Below, piece by piece: positions 23,301 through 50,679 of a stretch of DNA of 64,000 nt (the first letter of the stretch is position 1; every line of letters starts with the position of its first letter). Location: the NCBI GenBank assembly GCA_002633005.1, contig NMRA01000284.1, positions 330,978 through 394,977 of the forward strand. The letters are read 5' to 3'. A model generated the notes under the pieces. That model was not told where the DNA came from. It saw nothing but the letters and a program-made list of their open reading frames with translations, and made no database searches. Source of the stretch: Phoronis australis. Lineage: Eukaryota > Animalia > Phoronida. The position numbers and the translations under genes are program-made.

Positions 23301-26300
23301 ATGGGCTGTGGCCAGAGTTCACAAGCAGCTTCACCTCAACATAGTACTAAGGGCACTGAAAACGACAAGGATTGTGGTAACGGTAACTAGTGAAAATGTG
23401 CCACTCGTAGTTGCTGCATTGTAAAAGGGTGAAACTACAACATGGCCATTGCACTCATGAACAATTGAACCCCAATAAGGCTAAATTCTTAATTTATTTA
23501 GCACACAGTGTGGCCGACAAGCGAACTTCTATTTTGTCAAATTTCTCCTCAAAATGAAGATAAATGAAATTTTAGTCTATTAGTACTAGCATGACTTGTA
23601 TTGTGTAGATGCCATAAGGTAACATTAAGTAAAGTTTCTATTGTTCCTTACAAAAGTAACCGGCCTTTGGAAAATGGAAAAATGGCAATTTTGCCAGCTA
23701 TTGCTGTGTAAAATAGGTGTAGAATTACTAAATGCCATGATGGACTGTCCAGAGAATCCAGTACACCTTGGGATGGTTGAAATAAACCGGGCGCATCAAA
23801 ATTTTGAAATTCCTGTCAATGCATATTTCAAATTCACTTAGAAAGTAGTTCCACTAACGTTCCTGGGATCGCGCCAAACAACTTTATCTGAAATCTAATT
23901 TTCATTTTAAAAAATCACTTAATAAGCAAAAGTGCTAAGGTATCTTAGAAATACTCGTAATTGATAGTTTCTGAGAAAATTTCCACAAATTATTTCTAGA
24001 ATGTGAAGTACTCATAATTACTTAGTATGCAAAATTGTTTAATAAATACAAGACAGTTGTTGTTATTAACAGTCTTTATTCCGTTACGTTCGTATCCTCG
24101 GAACAAAGTTCTACCCTCAACAGAACATTGGTGAAGCAACTGACCAAGAGACGTGATTAAAATACACACCTCGATATTTCGAAACATACTCGTTTCATTG
24201 TCAAGTGGAAATAAAATGACGAATTAATAACACCACAGAGCATAAGCTGGAGACAAACACAGTGGGACACAGCAGGTGTGAAATACTGCAAAGAATGGCA
24301 AATGAGGGGGGTAACATTAATTACTTTGCCAAACATTTACTCAGCAACTACGCAGTGTGAGCTTAAGAATAATTTCTGTCTTAAGTCTTTTGCCAGTTTT
24401 TGCAACAGTCCCCCAGATGTAACTGTGTACTGATAATTATAGTGATAATGGCTCATTAGATGATTAAGTCACTAAGATTACTTAATGGCTCGTTTACGTC
24501 ATGTCCTCGCTTATTTACATGGCTCAGGCCCCCCTCGGTAATCTCAGTTTACAGACTTACAGTACTTTTCAAAATTTCCTAGATATACTTTGACAGAACA
24601 CTGTCAAACTTGGAGAAATGCCTTTGCCAGAATTATTTGATGGTTTAGTCGCACTTTGTTGAAATAAATAATACTGTAGTCGAACCTTTGTGGGAGTTTA
24701 ATATGACATTAATGTACCTATCCGCTACTAATTTATGAGTAGGGTTGGGAGGTAAGCTGTTGGGATTTGACATCGTGCATGGAGCAACACCTGTCGAGCT
24801 TTTATCGAGATTTAGCCAGAATTGAAAAATATTTTAGTCGACAAGAAATGGATATTTGGTCACGATTCTGTGTGCTGAATTTTTGTCGAATTTCGATGTT
24901 GTCCAGTTTATTTTGGAAAATTAGCTGTACAAATATGAATGGCTCACCACCAACACCCAGACAGGGTACATTGACAGGCGCAATGTTTGCGGGGTCAGTG
25001 AGTTGTGTTTGTGAGTTGGTGAGTTTGTCGGTTTCATGCGCCGTGTTTTTAAGTGCGGAACTATGTTCGTGCGTGTGGCAGCCATGTTGTTTCCCTGCAC
25101 TGGCACACTGACATTGCCATTAAAAAGGGTTTCTGATCAAGTAAATTGTGCATTATTCCTAAAAGTGTTAATTATGGTAATTCTCCTCTTATCTTGCATA
25201 AATTAAATTAAATTTCCCGATACTGGAGGTAGACCAAATAAAGTGAATATTATTTGTAGCTGACAGGTGCATGGAGAGCCAACTGAGTAACTGCCAACTG
25301 TCGTTGTGTAAATTTAATAAAATGCGGCCTACAAGTTGCCAACGTGATCCAATTAATAGTAATTAAATTACTTTATGCTGTTCCGTTATAAGACTACTTT
25401 ACCGGCTTTTTTGGTGAAATATTTTTTGATCATGGACTCTTAGTGATAGGACACTTGTCAAGGTCAGTTTTTCACTGCATGTGTACAACAGAATGAGATA
25501 TCCCACAGGAACAGAATGAACTGAGTGGGGATTACATGCAGTGTTCAGACCTTATTAACACAGTTAAAGAGATGTGTATTATTAGAATTAATGACAGGGC
25601 ATTGCGTTGGTATTTTCCCAAGTACAGTCTGACTGATTGCAAATATGTGAGACAAGAAATTCCCACCAAGTAAGTTAAAAGCCTCATGTGAAATATATGA
25701 GGGACAAATATTGCTTTTACATATTTATTTATTTCATTATTTATTAATGTAATATTTACACACTGCTTTCCTTGGGGGCCCTCATGTAATTTTGGGTGTG
25801 CGAAATGAGGTGAGTGTTCTTAATACGAGAATTTCCCTGGCAGTGAAATCCATTGATTTAAAATTATTGCTTAGTGTCTCTATTAGTAAACTGATCCATA
25901 AGTTTCAAGCTCTAGTTGGCCACATAATAATATTTTCCTTAAATTAGCTTTGCTTTGCTTCATGTTTCAGAGAAAACAAGTGCCCAGCAAGGGGACGTGG
26001 TCCGTGAACTAAACAAGTCTCAAAATTCCAACGCGGATGGTGTTGGGCAGGTGAACCCTTTGGTAAGTGTTCTGGACACCCCTTCATTAACTGTGCCTAA
26101 AAGGCGCAGAACACCATAATCTGTGTTAGAGTTAATTACCCCAAAGCGTTGGGGGTTGCTCGTTGGAGTGACTCCTCCTTGTGTCTGAATAGGGAACCAG
26201 ACTTTACCTTATGTGCTTGTGCATGCCACTGTTTTCTGTAGCGGGGGCTGTTTTTTCAAGACTCATTCTGACTTCCTTTTGTGAAGCATTTCATTCTAAA

Positions 26301-28116
26301 TGCTCATGGTAAACTTTCTTTTTGAGATGCTTGAGTGCACTTGTGTTGGGTCTGCTTTTGTCATCTTCAGATTCATTTTTTGTCTTTGTTGCTCTGTTTG
26401 TAGTTCTTGGACATACACTTAAAAATAATTATGAAAGCTATGAGTTCATTCATCTGTCTCCCTATCTGTTTTTGTGTCTACGGTAGACAGCATAAAGTAT
26501 TGCAGTAAGCATGACCTTATTTGAAGCGTGGGAGGGGGGGGGAGGGGCATAACCAATTCCTTAAATGACTGTTACTCTCAAGAACATCCATTTCCTTTGA
26601 ACAACAATGCAGGAGTAGTCATTAACATAATAATGCAATAAAAAGGTAGTGGCAAGGGTATAAATTGATAAAAGTTGCATTAAAAGCAGGCAGACTTGTC
26701 CTTGCAGACTTCTTTAGTGGCAATGAGTTGTCAAACTGCAGTGTACACCGCAGTATTGTTCAGTTGTGCTGTGCTCTGTTGTTGTATTGCCACTAAAGAT
26801 GTCTTCAAGAACGACTCTTCTGGATGCTTTTGATACATGTTTTACTGAATTATCGATTTTTAATAAATTTTTCACCGTTACTATTGGTATTGCTGTTTTA
26901 GTATTTCGTATGGTTTTTGCATTAAGTATATGGTTTTAATCTTCATCTGCTTTTTCTATGTACAGTTTTAGCCCACATGAAGATGAAAATGGATGTATTT
27001 GACAACAATGTATGTGCACATGCACCTCCACGGGAGGTTATTATTTATATTACTACTTTCATGTTACTTTTCAGAAAACTACCAATGAGATTTCACCCTT
27101 TAAGAGGACCGCCGTTAATCCAACGTGAGTTGCAGTGTTTTTATTGGTACATTTACTGTTGCAGGTCATGATGATTGATCAGATTACATAAAATTGGGAG
27201 TTCATTTTTTAACGCATCCGGTTTGCCTGAAATTTCATACTGTAAATTTATATTGCTCATCCAATACTTTTTCTGCCATTTAGTGCACAGAATTGTTGCA
27301 GAATGGTGTTCAACCTATTCAACTTTTGAGTTCATTTTCTGTCATGGCTGGCAATTACCATTTTTGTGAAGTTCTCTTACACTCAGTTGTTTTGATTGGC
27401 TATTGCAGGTCATGTGCTCGATTTCTTTTGTCATGAACTGCATAGTATAATTTGCATAATTGTAGCCATGTCCCAACAAACAGTCAAGTGGATTTCTTCC
27501 AAATGCTGGACCGCAAAATAGAAAGCGTAAGTACACAAAATGTGTAATTCGAAATAAAAAATTAACTAAATGATCGCTTAATTTTTTGAGTGAGCAGTAT
27601 TATTTAATTCTACCATGTAAATTAATTCTACCATGTAAATGTTACACCAGTTAGTGATTCGCGAATTACAGCATCCGTCTCTAACAGTCTATAGTCGTAG
27701 CTGGCAATTAACACTTGACTGTACTCAATTGTGCCAATAAAGTCTTCTTAAAATGTTATGTGGAAAACTAAGCGCTGAGTAACACAGTTATGTAGGTGAC
27801 AATTTTTGTCGAAATTTGTCTTTCTTCATTGAGCTTATTATGAAAACCTAGAAAGAAAGTTGAAGAAAAATACCTCTAAATCATTTGAAAATTAGCCATA
27901 GATGTTTGCTTCAAAATTTCACTGAGTGAGATTTGCCACGGAGAAACATCGTCTTTTTTAAGAAACTGCTGTAGCATTCAAAATGTCCAATGTGAGCATA
28001 TCATCTGCAGTGCTGTGCAGTCTTTCTCTACTGACCTGACCACATGTTTCCATTGTGCGTATTACAGGGTCCAGATTACGTCAGCATCAATGAAGTATCA
28101 TGATGGCGGCCAATAG
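23301..28116 (+). CDS. Candidate small N-myristoylated/S-palmitoylated protein (MGCGQS...), with alternative exons
   Basis: Exon 23260-23382 (acceptor ctgttccag, Kozak gccATGg at 23301, MGCGQSSQAASPQHSTKGTENDKDCGN, phase 1); 25971-26062 (tttcag/gtaagt, phase 1->0) or 26966-27009 (tacag/gtatgt, phase 1->0); 27075-27124 (tttcag/gtgagt, phase 0->2); 28068-28116 (tacag, ...VQITSASMKYHDGGQ*). Phases chain without stops. No homolog recognised. Confidence 0.6.
26685..26830. repeat. Long imperfect inverted repeat (hairpin)
   Basis: cttgcagacttctttagtggcaat (26701-26724) pairs with attgccactaaagatgtcttcaag (26786-26809), 22/24 matches, with weaker pairing extending outward. Confidence 0.8.
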
Positions 28117-30957
28117 ATGGAGCTTTTGTTGTGCCAAGGTCACACAGTATTGTTGAAAATTCTTGAAATCACACTGTAGTTGACAAAAATGGTGTACTCG
28201 AGCTGCCGTCTGATGACAACACATCGCAGTTACGAGGCTGAACGCGCATTTTTATTTGTAATGATTTACCAAAGACAAGAATGCTTATAGCTGCTGCTGG
28301 AGTTTTTTGACTCTTCGCTCACAGCCACTTCAAATGGAAAACTGCAACGATACTCAAGAGTGAAAAATTTCTTTGTTGATACCGTCCATTTAGCTTGATG
28401 TCTTGGAACTCGTGTGTTGTTTAGCGAGTAAAACGAGGCTTGTTAGGGTGTATGCTTTGTTTCAATTCTCCGTGACTTCTGTGTACCCCTGCATGAAGCT
28501 TGATATGCATGTAAAGCAGGTTGTTTCCATGGTGACCGAGCATGGCAGGAGAGGGTAAAACAAGATGGCTGAAATTAGATGAGTTTGTTGCTCCTTGGGG
28601 GCTCTCTTCCACATGCAAAATCTTGACGAAAGCATTGCAAGGTACAAACTTCTTTTGTTTACCCACTGGAGACAGTACCACAAAACCGAAAAATACTGCT
28701 GGGTGATGCCATGAATGCACAAAACCAAAGTACCCACATGAGACGATAATCCTGAGTCAGAGCCAAGTATCTGGCATTGAATTGTCAGCACAGCAAAACT
28801 GGCTGTATTGTGGGAGAGCTCCTGTGGGTTTGATTGACACGTATAGATAATTTTGACCAAGCGGGGTTCACTGTGGTACACTACAATACAAGAGTAACCA
28901 GCGCACTAAAATAAAGTCTAGTCTTCAGCATGGCTTGCAAGGCTCTTGGGCGTAGTTTGTTTTGCCACGCCTTTAAGCCCATGGGGTTATATCTGAAATA
29001 ATGCCTTATCAGGGTCTTTTTTATCCGTTAGTGGTTCACATATTTGTGCATGCGCCGAAGTTTTGCATGCAAGCGCAGTTCCACACAGACACCTATGGGC
29101 CTAATGGCACGACAGTATGGTAGTGGCCAAGCTGCTGAATGGTATTCTGTACTCTCAAGCTTGAAAAATATTACTCAGGATTATTTAAGCTTGACGAATT
29201 CAATGTGGTAGGTATATATGTACCTTTCTAGGGATGTTATTGGGATAGAACAGCTGGAGTGAATGACTTGTTTGATAAATTTGAAAATGAAATCAATTAC
29301 TGCTTTAATTACTGGATGGTTAATTTATTTGGACAATGTTATACATATATATATATATTCTATAGTTCCTGTTTATATCCCGTTTTGCTTTTTATGATTT
29401 TTTGCTACTTGTAACCAGTGTGTGTCTGTTCTCTTTCAGTTTTGTGTTCTCTGTCTGTCTACATTTGTTTTTCCGTCTGCAACGTCTGGAAGTAGTTTGT
29501 CTTAGTGTAGCCCTAAACTCGCCTTCTGTTATAAAAACTTCCTGATTTATATGACTTATTGTTATGAAATTGGTGTCAAATTGTTCCTTGGTCGAAGTTG
29601 GTATGATTTCTGTGCTTGGTAAGCAGGTATCTGTTGCTTTGGAACAGGTTTTGTAAGTTTACTTGTCGTGGTATGTCACTTTTAAGTGCCTAGCATGGTA
29701 TCTAGGAATTGAGAAATGGCAGTTTTTTGCGAGACTGAAAATCGTTTCTCAATTTAGGAAGGAACATTTGCCACTAATTTTATAGTTGGTGTTAATTGGT
29801 CTACCATAAATTAAAATTAAGTTTCTTCCATGCAGCGTAAGTGAATCAGAGTGTGAAGTAAATTTTTTTAATTAAAGGCACCAAACACATGGCCTCTCAG
29901 AAATTTTCAATGTCCAGCAACCAACTTTATATTAAGCACCAGGTTTTGTCCTATTACTGAACCCCCTTCTCTACTATTCAAAGCTAAAACTAATTTCATG
30001 GCTTTGGAAGAATTAAGTGTTACCACATAATTACAGTAAATATGCTGCAAGACAATCTAGATTGCAGTTGATGACCAGAGAAAAGAATTGCAGCTTGTAT
30101 CACGTGTTGTGTTAATGCACCGGTGTCGCACTGAAGTGAGAAAGGTTGTCTCCCTTGTTCTTCCCTTTTACACCAGGCCTGTACTTTACCTTACCTATAA
30201 TTTAGTGAAACCATAAAAAATGTACTCAATCAAAGTCTCTTAAGCGTGAGTAATTCTTGAGAAGCTAAAGTCTTGTCTCAGCCTCAATTTCAGTCAACAG
30301 TAAAAATTAGTTTCAGTGTGAAATTGGTAACTGGAGAGTGATATTTATTGTACTTCAAAATGCTCACTGATAACAACATCCATGTGCCCCTGGGGAACAT
30401 TGTCTCCCCTGATTTTCCCTTCCACATGAAGGCCTGTTCTATAGTTTAACCAAAACCATAAGAGATAACTCGATGAAATAAAGTAATATGGCATATTATG
30501 GCAAAATATTGCTTTCCTTCATTTTTGTTTCTTCGTGATCTTCACCGTGATAGGCTACACTATGGTCTCAGTCTTGCTTTCAGTCAGGTAAATATTAGAT
30601 TCAGTGTGCAATTAGTAACTGGAAGGTGGTCTGTGTACATTATAGTGCTAAATACTCATGTATAGGAATTCTCCACTTTGGTAAAAAATAATTGCCAAAA
30701 TTGTCTTTTTCCATTTTCAAAGGCCAACTACATTGCTACCAATAATCATGGACACTTATTCAAATGTTGTTTTATGGCATGTAGACAGTACAAACCAGGC
30801 TAATAATAAACTAAATCTTTATTTTTGTGAAGAAAGTTGACAAAATACAGTTTCACTTGTTAGCCACATTGTGCGCCAAATCAGTGAAGAATTTGTGTAT
30901 TACAAAATGCTGTGAATGGTAATGAAGCAAGAGTTAATGGTGGTATGCCCTTGTTAT

Positions 30958-31130
30958 GTAAGACTTGCATAAGTCCGACCCGCAGAAATCTGATTGGGTC
31001 TAATTGGGACGTAGTTCCGCTGGGCGTTTCTTCTAGCTGGTGCTTTTGGCAACTTCAGTAAGTCAAATTATTCTTTGAATCATGGATAGATTCTCACGAT
31101 CTGACTGGATCCGACTTATGCAAGTTTTAC
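30958..31130. mobile_element. Small MITE/inverted repeat
   Basis: gtaagacttgcataagtc ... gacttatgcaagttttac. Confidence 0.65.
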
Positions 31131-34100
31131 TGTATCTCCATATCTGGTCTTTGTATGCGTGAAACTATCAGCGGTCAGCGTTATCTGTGATAATTACTCA
31201 GTTACAATGTAGGAGTTGTCTTCCTGTGAACAAATAGTAACAGATAATCATGCGGTTTGTTCAATTTGTTGTATGCACATAGTTATAATACAGATGTGTC
31301 ATTAGCAGAGACTTGGTCTTGTCTTACTAGTGGTAACTAATGCAAAGATTTTCAGTTTTGGTCATTCTGGGCTCAAGTATTCAGCATACACAGGGGTAAT
31401 AAAACAATGGCAGCATCATAGTTGGGCCAATTACCAAACTCCAGGCGGCAGTTGAATTTTGAGGTAAGCGAAGTGTCATGGTAAAATACTTGGTTCTTGT
31501 GATGGGAGTGGGTCTATAGCCACTTTAAAGTGACAAACGAGATACTGGTGACTTTGAACTTATTGTAAACCATCCCTTGGTCAGCAGTATGTTTGTTGAT
31601 TGTTAGATCCGTAACTGAATTCATGTCACACTCGTCCGTGAGTGCTCCACAGACTATACTTTCACGCTTAAAAAGACACTAACAAATATTTTGGTGATTT
31701 TATTCAAAATTACCTCACTGATCTGTTACTGTGTAATTAATAATCCTCTCACAGCAATGTTCAACTAAAACTGACCTAACTCGTGTCACAAAATGAATTC
31801 GGTTACCCGAGATGTGCGATCTCTCTCCACAAGCATCCATTAATTGCCCAATCCATAAGTAACGCTTGACAATTTAGCATATTTTGTGAGGAGCTGTCGA
31901 ACTTGGAATTCTAACTTAAAAGATTCAAGATGGGTTACAGTGTGTCACTTTATTTCAAAGATTTAAATGTTAAGTCTGCATTAATATCCAATTGTAAAAA
32001 TATGGGTTTAGTATCCTCTTAAAATACTGGACTTGGAATGATCCACGACAAAAGAGGAAAATTTTACAGATCATGTATTATAATCTACAAATAAATAGGT
32101 TAATGTGATAGAAATATTTTTGTGTTGTAAAATTTAACAGTCAGAAAGGTTTTTTTTTTGCATGAATAAAGTCAAAATAATGATAAAAAGTGATGAAAAA
32201 GAGCAAACTGGAAAACAAATGTAAGGAAATTGAAACCAAAAAAGAGGAATCCTCTTATAAGAGGAACAGTCCAAGCCCTGAAATTAGTTCATGCATAGTA
32301 CAGTTTGAACAAAGATTCACTAGGATAACCAAACTCACAATGTCAAACTTGAATGTTTCTTGTGAAATAGTGCGACACTAGCCCTATGTGTTACGTTTTC
32401 TAATACCCACACGAATATTAAGTGAAATATTAACATAAATAAAGTGAAGACAGTGCTATCTGTTGCTAATTGTTGGTAACATGACAATGCTCGATTGCAC
32501 ATGTTGAATTTAAAAATATTAAAAGTTCAATGCCTAAGAATCTAAATCACGCACCAGGGACACTTTTAACAAAAGTTGTACAACCAGTGTTGCAGCTAAC
32601 AGTTGTAGGCATATTTTGCAAACTCTGCACTGCGTGTTCAGAAGAGAGAAACCAGTGCAACTGGCCTAGACTTGACTATTATTTACTGAACAACAACCAT
32701 CTTGACTAACCAAATTAAGATTATGCAGGACCTTATAAACTCAGTTAAAGTTTACATTTTCTGAATGTAAAAAGTCTGTAGAATTTGATTATTGAATTAT
32801 ACCAACCTGCTATTTTTTTGGGTCACGTGACCATGATTTTTAGAGCAATTTTGCAAAAACTGAGGTACATCGATAGCAAAACAACAGTTCCGTAAATAAA
32901 TGTGCAGGATGATATCTCAAAAACAAAATGCTGTTAAAATTTTCTAAAATAATATTTTGATTGTGTTTTATTGTTATGAAAATCATACAAGTCCTATTTT
33001 CGATAGCCCTTCATGCAAAAGTAGAAAATAAAGAAAACCCTAACAGCGTTTTGGAGAATTTTAATATCGTATAATAGCCGAAAGTTTCACATGAATACAG
33101 TCAGCCACTTCTGAGAAATGACATTCCGGAGTTAGCCAAATTTGGACGTTTTTCTCAGTTTGCCAAATTCGGACGTTTTTCTATGGTCCTACATCACCTT
33201 AAGGATCTCAGTGGCAGTAAAATTCATAGCACTGTAAAGTTACAATTCTCTTTCCAAGACTGGGACAATACAATCTTTGCTTTCTATTAAAATTTCCTTG
33301 GAAACGTTTCCATCACTAGAATAAGTATATTGCTTGAAAGAGATTGTACCCGTCTCATTAAATTATCTTGAGATTTTGACTAAATAATGTACAGACAAGG
33401 CAGAGCAACATTTAAAATATGACCAGTTTGCTGCTGCTCCATCTTAAGATACTCTTTGTCTTATAATGACCAGTTTAGTACACAGAATTTCATCAGCCAA
33501 AATACATCACTAAAATAACATTTAATCAATTGCAGTCATACAGGTATTTGCATTTTTACTGGCCATTCGTAAAAAGCGTAAGTTCATTGCTGTTGAATTG
33601 TGGCGGCCATTTTGATGGTGCACCGCGAGAAATTCAGAATTTGAAAATTCCATATTTAATCCTCATTACTTTGAAGACATTTTAATTACGTGTTGAAAGA
33701 GCATCACAAGGGAATAAGTTTAAATCAAGTTTTAACTGAAAAAATGGAAAAGAATCTATAAAAGAATGGACGAGTTTAGTACGCATCAGTCCTATAACAT
33801 CCTTCCATAAAGTAAATGCAATTAAAAATTTCAGATCAAAGTATCCTTGAACAGACACTAGCTCTTACAGTACAGCTCACTGACAGAGGATGTGAATGAC
33901 TACACTTAAACCCTCAAACATTGAGTGCCAAACTTATTAACAAGCTAATTGACAGACTGCGATAACATGAGTTTAGATGATGGTCTTCTTTCTTACCTAG
34001 AACACGATTCGCCTTTATCGCTTCTACTTTCTGCTCACTAAATCATATCACACAAATCTATGCTCTGTGATGCGCATACAGCAATTTTATCTATCTTTAA

Positions 34101-34467
34101 AATTAAATGAGGAGTTTTGACCCCATTGTCACAGACCATCTCTGTGGACCATTGAACAAATCAATCAGTATGAGTGACAGCACAAACCACTGTCACAGAC
34201 CAGCTGTGGACAACAGCACAAGCTGATGAACCACACGTTCAAATTCATACATCTATAGAAAATTATCTCAGTAGCTAGCAGCTATGTGTATTTCTCGGAT
34301 TGAGATTTGATTATTTTCAGAAATTGTTGTGTGGAGCGTAAAACCAAATTTCTGATTAAGTTTTTAAGTCATTTTTCATGACACAGCCTCCAGAGATCAC
34401 TGCATAATAACAAAAGCCTCCGTCACTGACCATCAGTTTGGGTCACACATGCTTCCGTCATGGACCA

Positions 34468-48376
<13,909 letters not shown>

Positions 48377-48488
48377 ACTAATGCGATACGCTCGGGTAAA
48401 AAATATGGACTGCTCAGCAAAACTCGAGATCCCTGGCTAACCGGAAATGTACGATGGCGCTATCTGTTGTTTATGCCACCCAGGCGTG

Positions 48489-48632
48489 CGTTCAGTAACG
48501 CTAGGACATACGATAGGACCTAGCTAAAATCTAGTCAAAGACACGTGTTCTTGCTTGAAAGACACGGCCATATCTCACGTAATCTCACGAAGTCTTGCTT
48601 TTTAGCGAGGTTAGTCGCAGCGTTACTGAACG
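48489..48632. mobile_element. MITE family A copy in the UCK proximal promoter
   Basis: cgttcagtaacgct ... agcgttactgaacg 14-bp TIR; internal similarity to the 5981 and 8292 copies. Confidence 0.8.
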
Positions 48633-50679
48633 GAAGGCCCCGGACTTAGCTCTCAAAGCTCAAGCTTTGAGGACTATAAGTCCGGGTGATATATCGGATG
48701 TTTTTTTAGTCACATAAATGTCCTAAAACCATGTATCCTGTCAAGCAATGCGGTGGTGACAATGTCGGCTAATTCATTGTCTGGAACACATTTGACGCCG
48801 TTTCTTGTCTTATCGCCTTCATGGGACTTAACCTAAGGAATTACGACTAGGCCTACATCCGTTAAAATATGCTTAAACTGACTTCGTTCAATAATACTGT
48901 TTTCAGAAGGATTGCAAGCATTAATTGGTTTGACTACAAATGTCTTTTCAGTAACCTATGTTAGTTCCGCATTTTTGTCCGAGGTGCATCTGTTCACACA
49001 CCCGATAACGGAACAACTAGTTGGGCGACCCTCGAGTCACTTTTTTGCAGATTTGTAGGCGGGAAAAGACCAAAATACAAAATTCAAGATTTAAAAACTT
49101 CATCGAAAAATTAAAACTGAGTGGAACACCCCAGCAAAAAATGATGCCAAATAATAACTTACAGATCAATAATCTGGACGCAGATATTAATTAAAATAAT
49201 GACCTTCATCATGGTGACATGGAAATGAACCGTGGAGAGCAGCGAGCAATCAAGCAGTTGTTTTAGAAGATATGTTTAATTAGCTAAATGCAAGGCTAAT
49301 TTTCATAGAATAAGTAAAAACAAAGTTCAAAGAAGGTAGGGCATAAATGATCTTTTTAAATTTTAACACTCTAGTTCATGGATTCCATCAAATTTAACAA
49401 GAAATAAAAAAACGCCTGGTGAATTTTGAAAACAAACTCTAAGCAAACACTAATTTGGCAATTTCTACATTGAAAATGCTTATCACCACATCATAACTCC
49501 CAATTTTTCCCATTTTTTTCAAACAAGCTCCATGACTTGTGGCAAATTCATGGTAATTCCAAATACTTCACGGTTATTATGTGTACATCACCAGACTACA
49601 TCATTTATACTCTTTAAGTAATAAACAATATTCACATTTACTTTCAAACTTATTTTGGAATAGGCAGACCCTCAAGATTTGGTCCGCAGTGACCCACTGT
49701 CTCCAGCAAGTCCGGCACAAATCGTGGATTCCAATCGGTCTCTAATCTTTAAACCAGTCTTGCTTTGAATGTTTTATTCTCCTTTCTGGTTAAACCTCAG
49801 ATTGATATCATGGACACACCTGGTCCTTTGAAACATAAACCCTTCTACCTGCATTGCATTGTAACGTGTATACTTCGTTTATTAGGCTACCTCACTTAAA
49901 TTAATCACACAACTGAAGAGTTTTGTGAGCCTTCACGGGACAAAAAAAAATGTAAAGTCTTCAAGACTTATAAGCGCCTTGAAACTCAGACAACCGGCAA
50001 CAGCTGAAACAAATTTTAAAATGAATTTATGGATAGTAGGATTCAGAAAAGAAGGACTCAGTTGAAAGCGAAACAATTCTGTGGGCCAAAGACGTAAGCA
50101 GGGCCAAAATGTTCTATATTTTGGTGTAGATGACCATTGATATCGCCCATAGAAAGCAGACGATAGCATGGATCATTTTAAATAAACATGCGTATGGGTC
50201 AATTTACCCACATGGCCTCAAATCTGTGAGTCAACTTAGAGAACCTACGGGACCGTCATGCAAAGTCGACACAAATTCAATGTGCCACAGCCCAAGTTAA
50301 GCAATTCCCGAGCGTCAATGAAAATTTTTATGCGCCAATGAGGCGGCCGGGGTGCGACCTTAAAATATCCCTGCGACGGCAACCACGCTCACTCTTGATG
50401 CGAAATAATTTCAAATACAACAATAATAAAACACCACATCAGTCCAAGGTTGAAATCATTCCTACGGTTAAGATTTTCTGAAATTTGCCAGGGAAACATT
50501 CCACCAGAAAGTTATCTCTAATAATGCAGTTCGGCTCAACAACCTTATAGGCCTATATAGGCCTATAGTTTACTTAAACTTCCCTAGCTAATTGCATGAA
50601 AATGAACTGGGCCGAGGAACTGACAAAATTCTTCCTCCGAGATATCAATTCCACCTAGTACCCGATTTTCTTACTTTCG

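Noticed and set aside
25985-26020. QQGDVVRELNK resembling a WHEP-TRS helix
   Set aside because: Only a short motif; the second helix is absent, so it is probably coincidental.
28421-28881. Minus-strand ORFs of 99 and 139 aa
   Set aside because: No domain or splice support; they fall in the inferred 3' UTR of the + strand gene.
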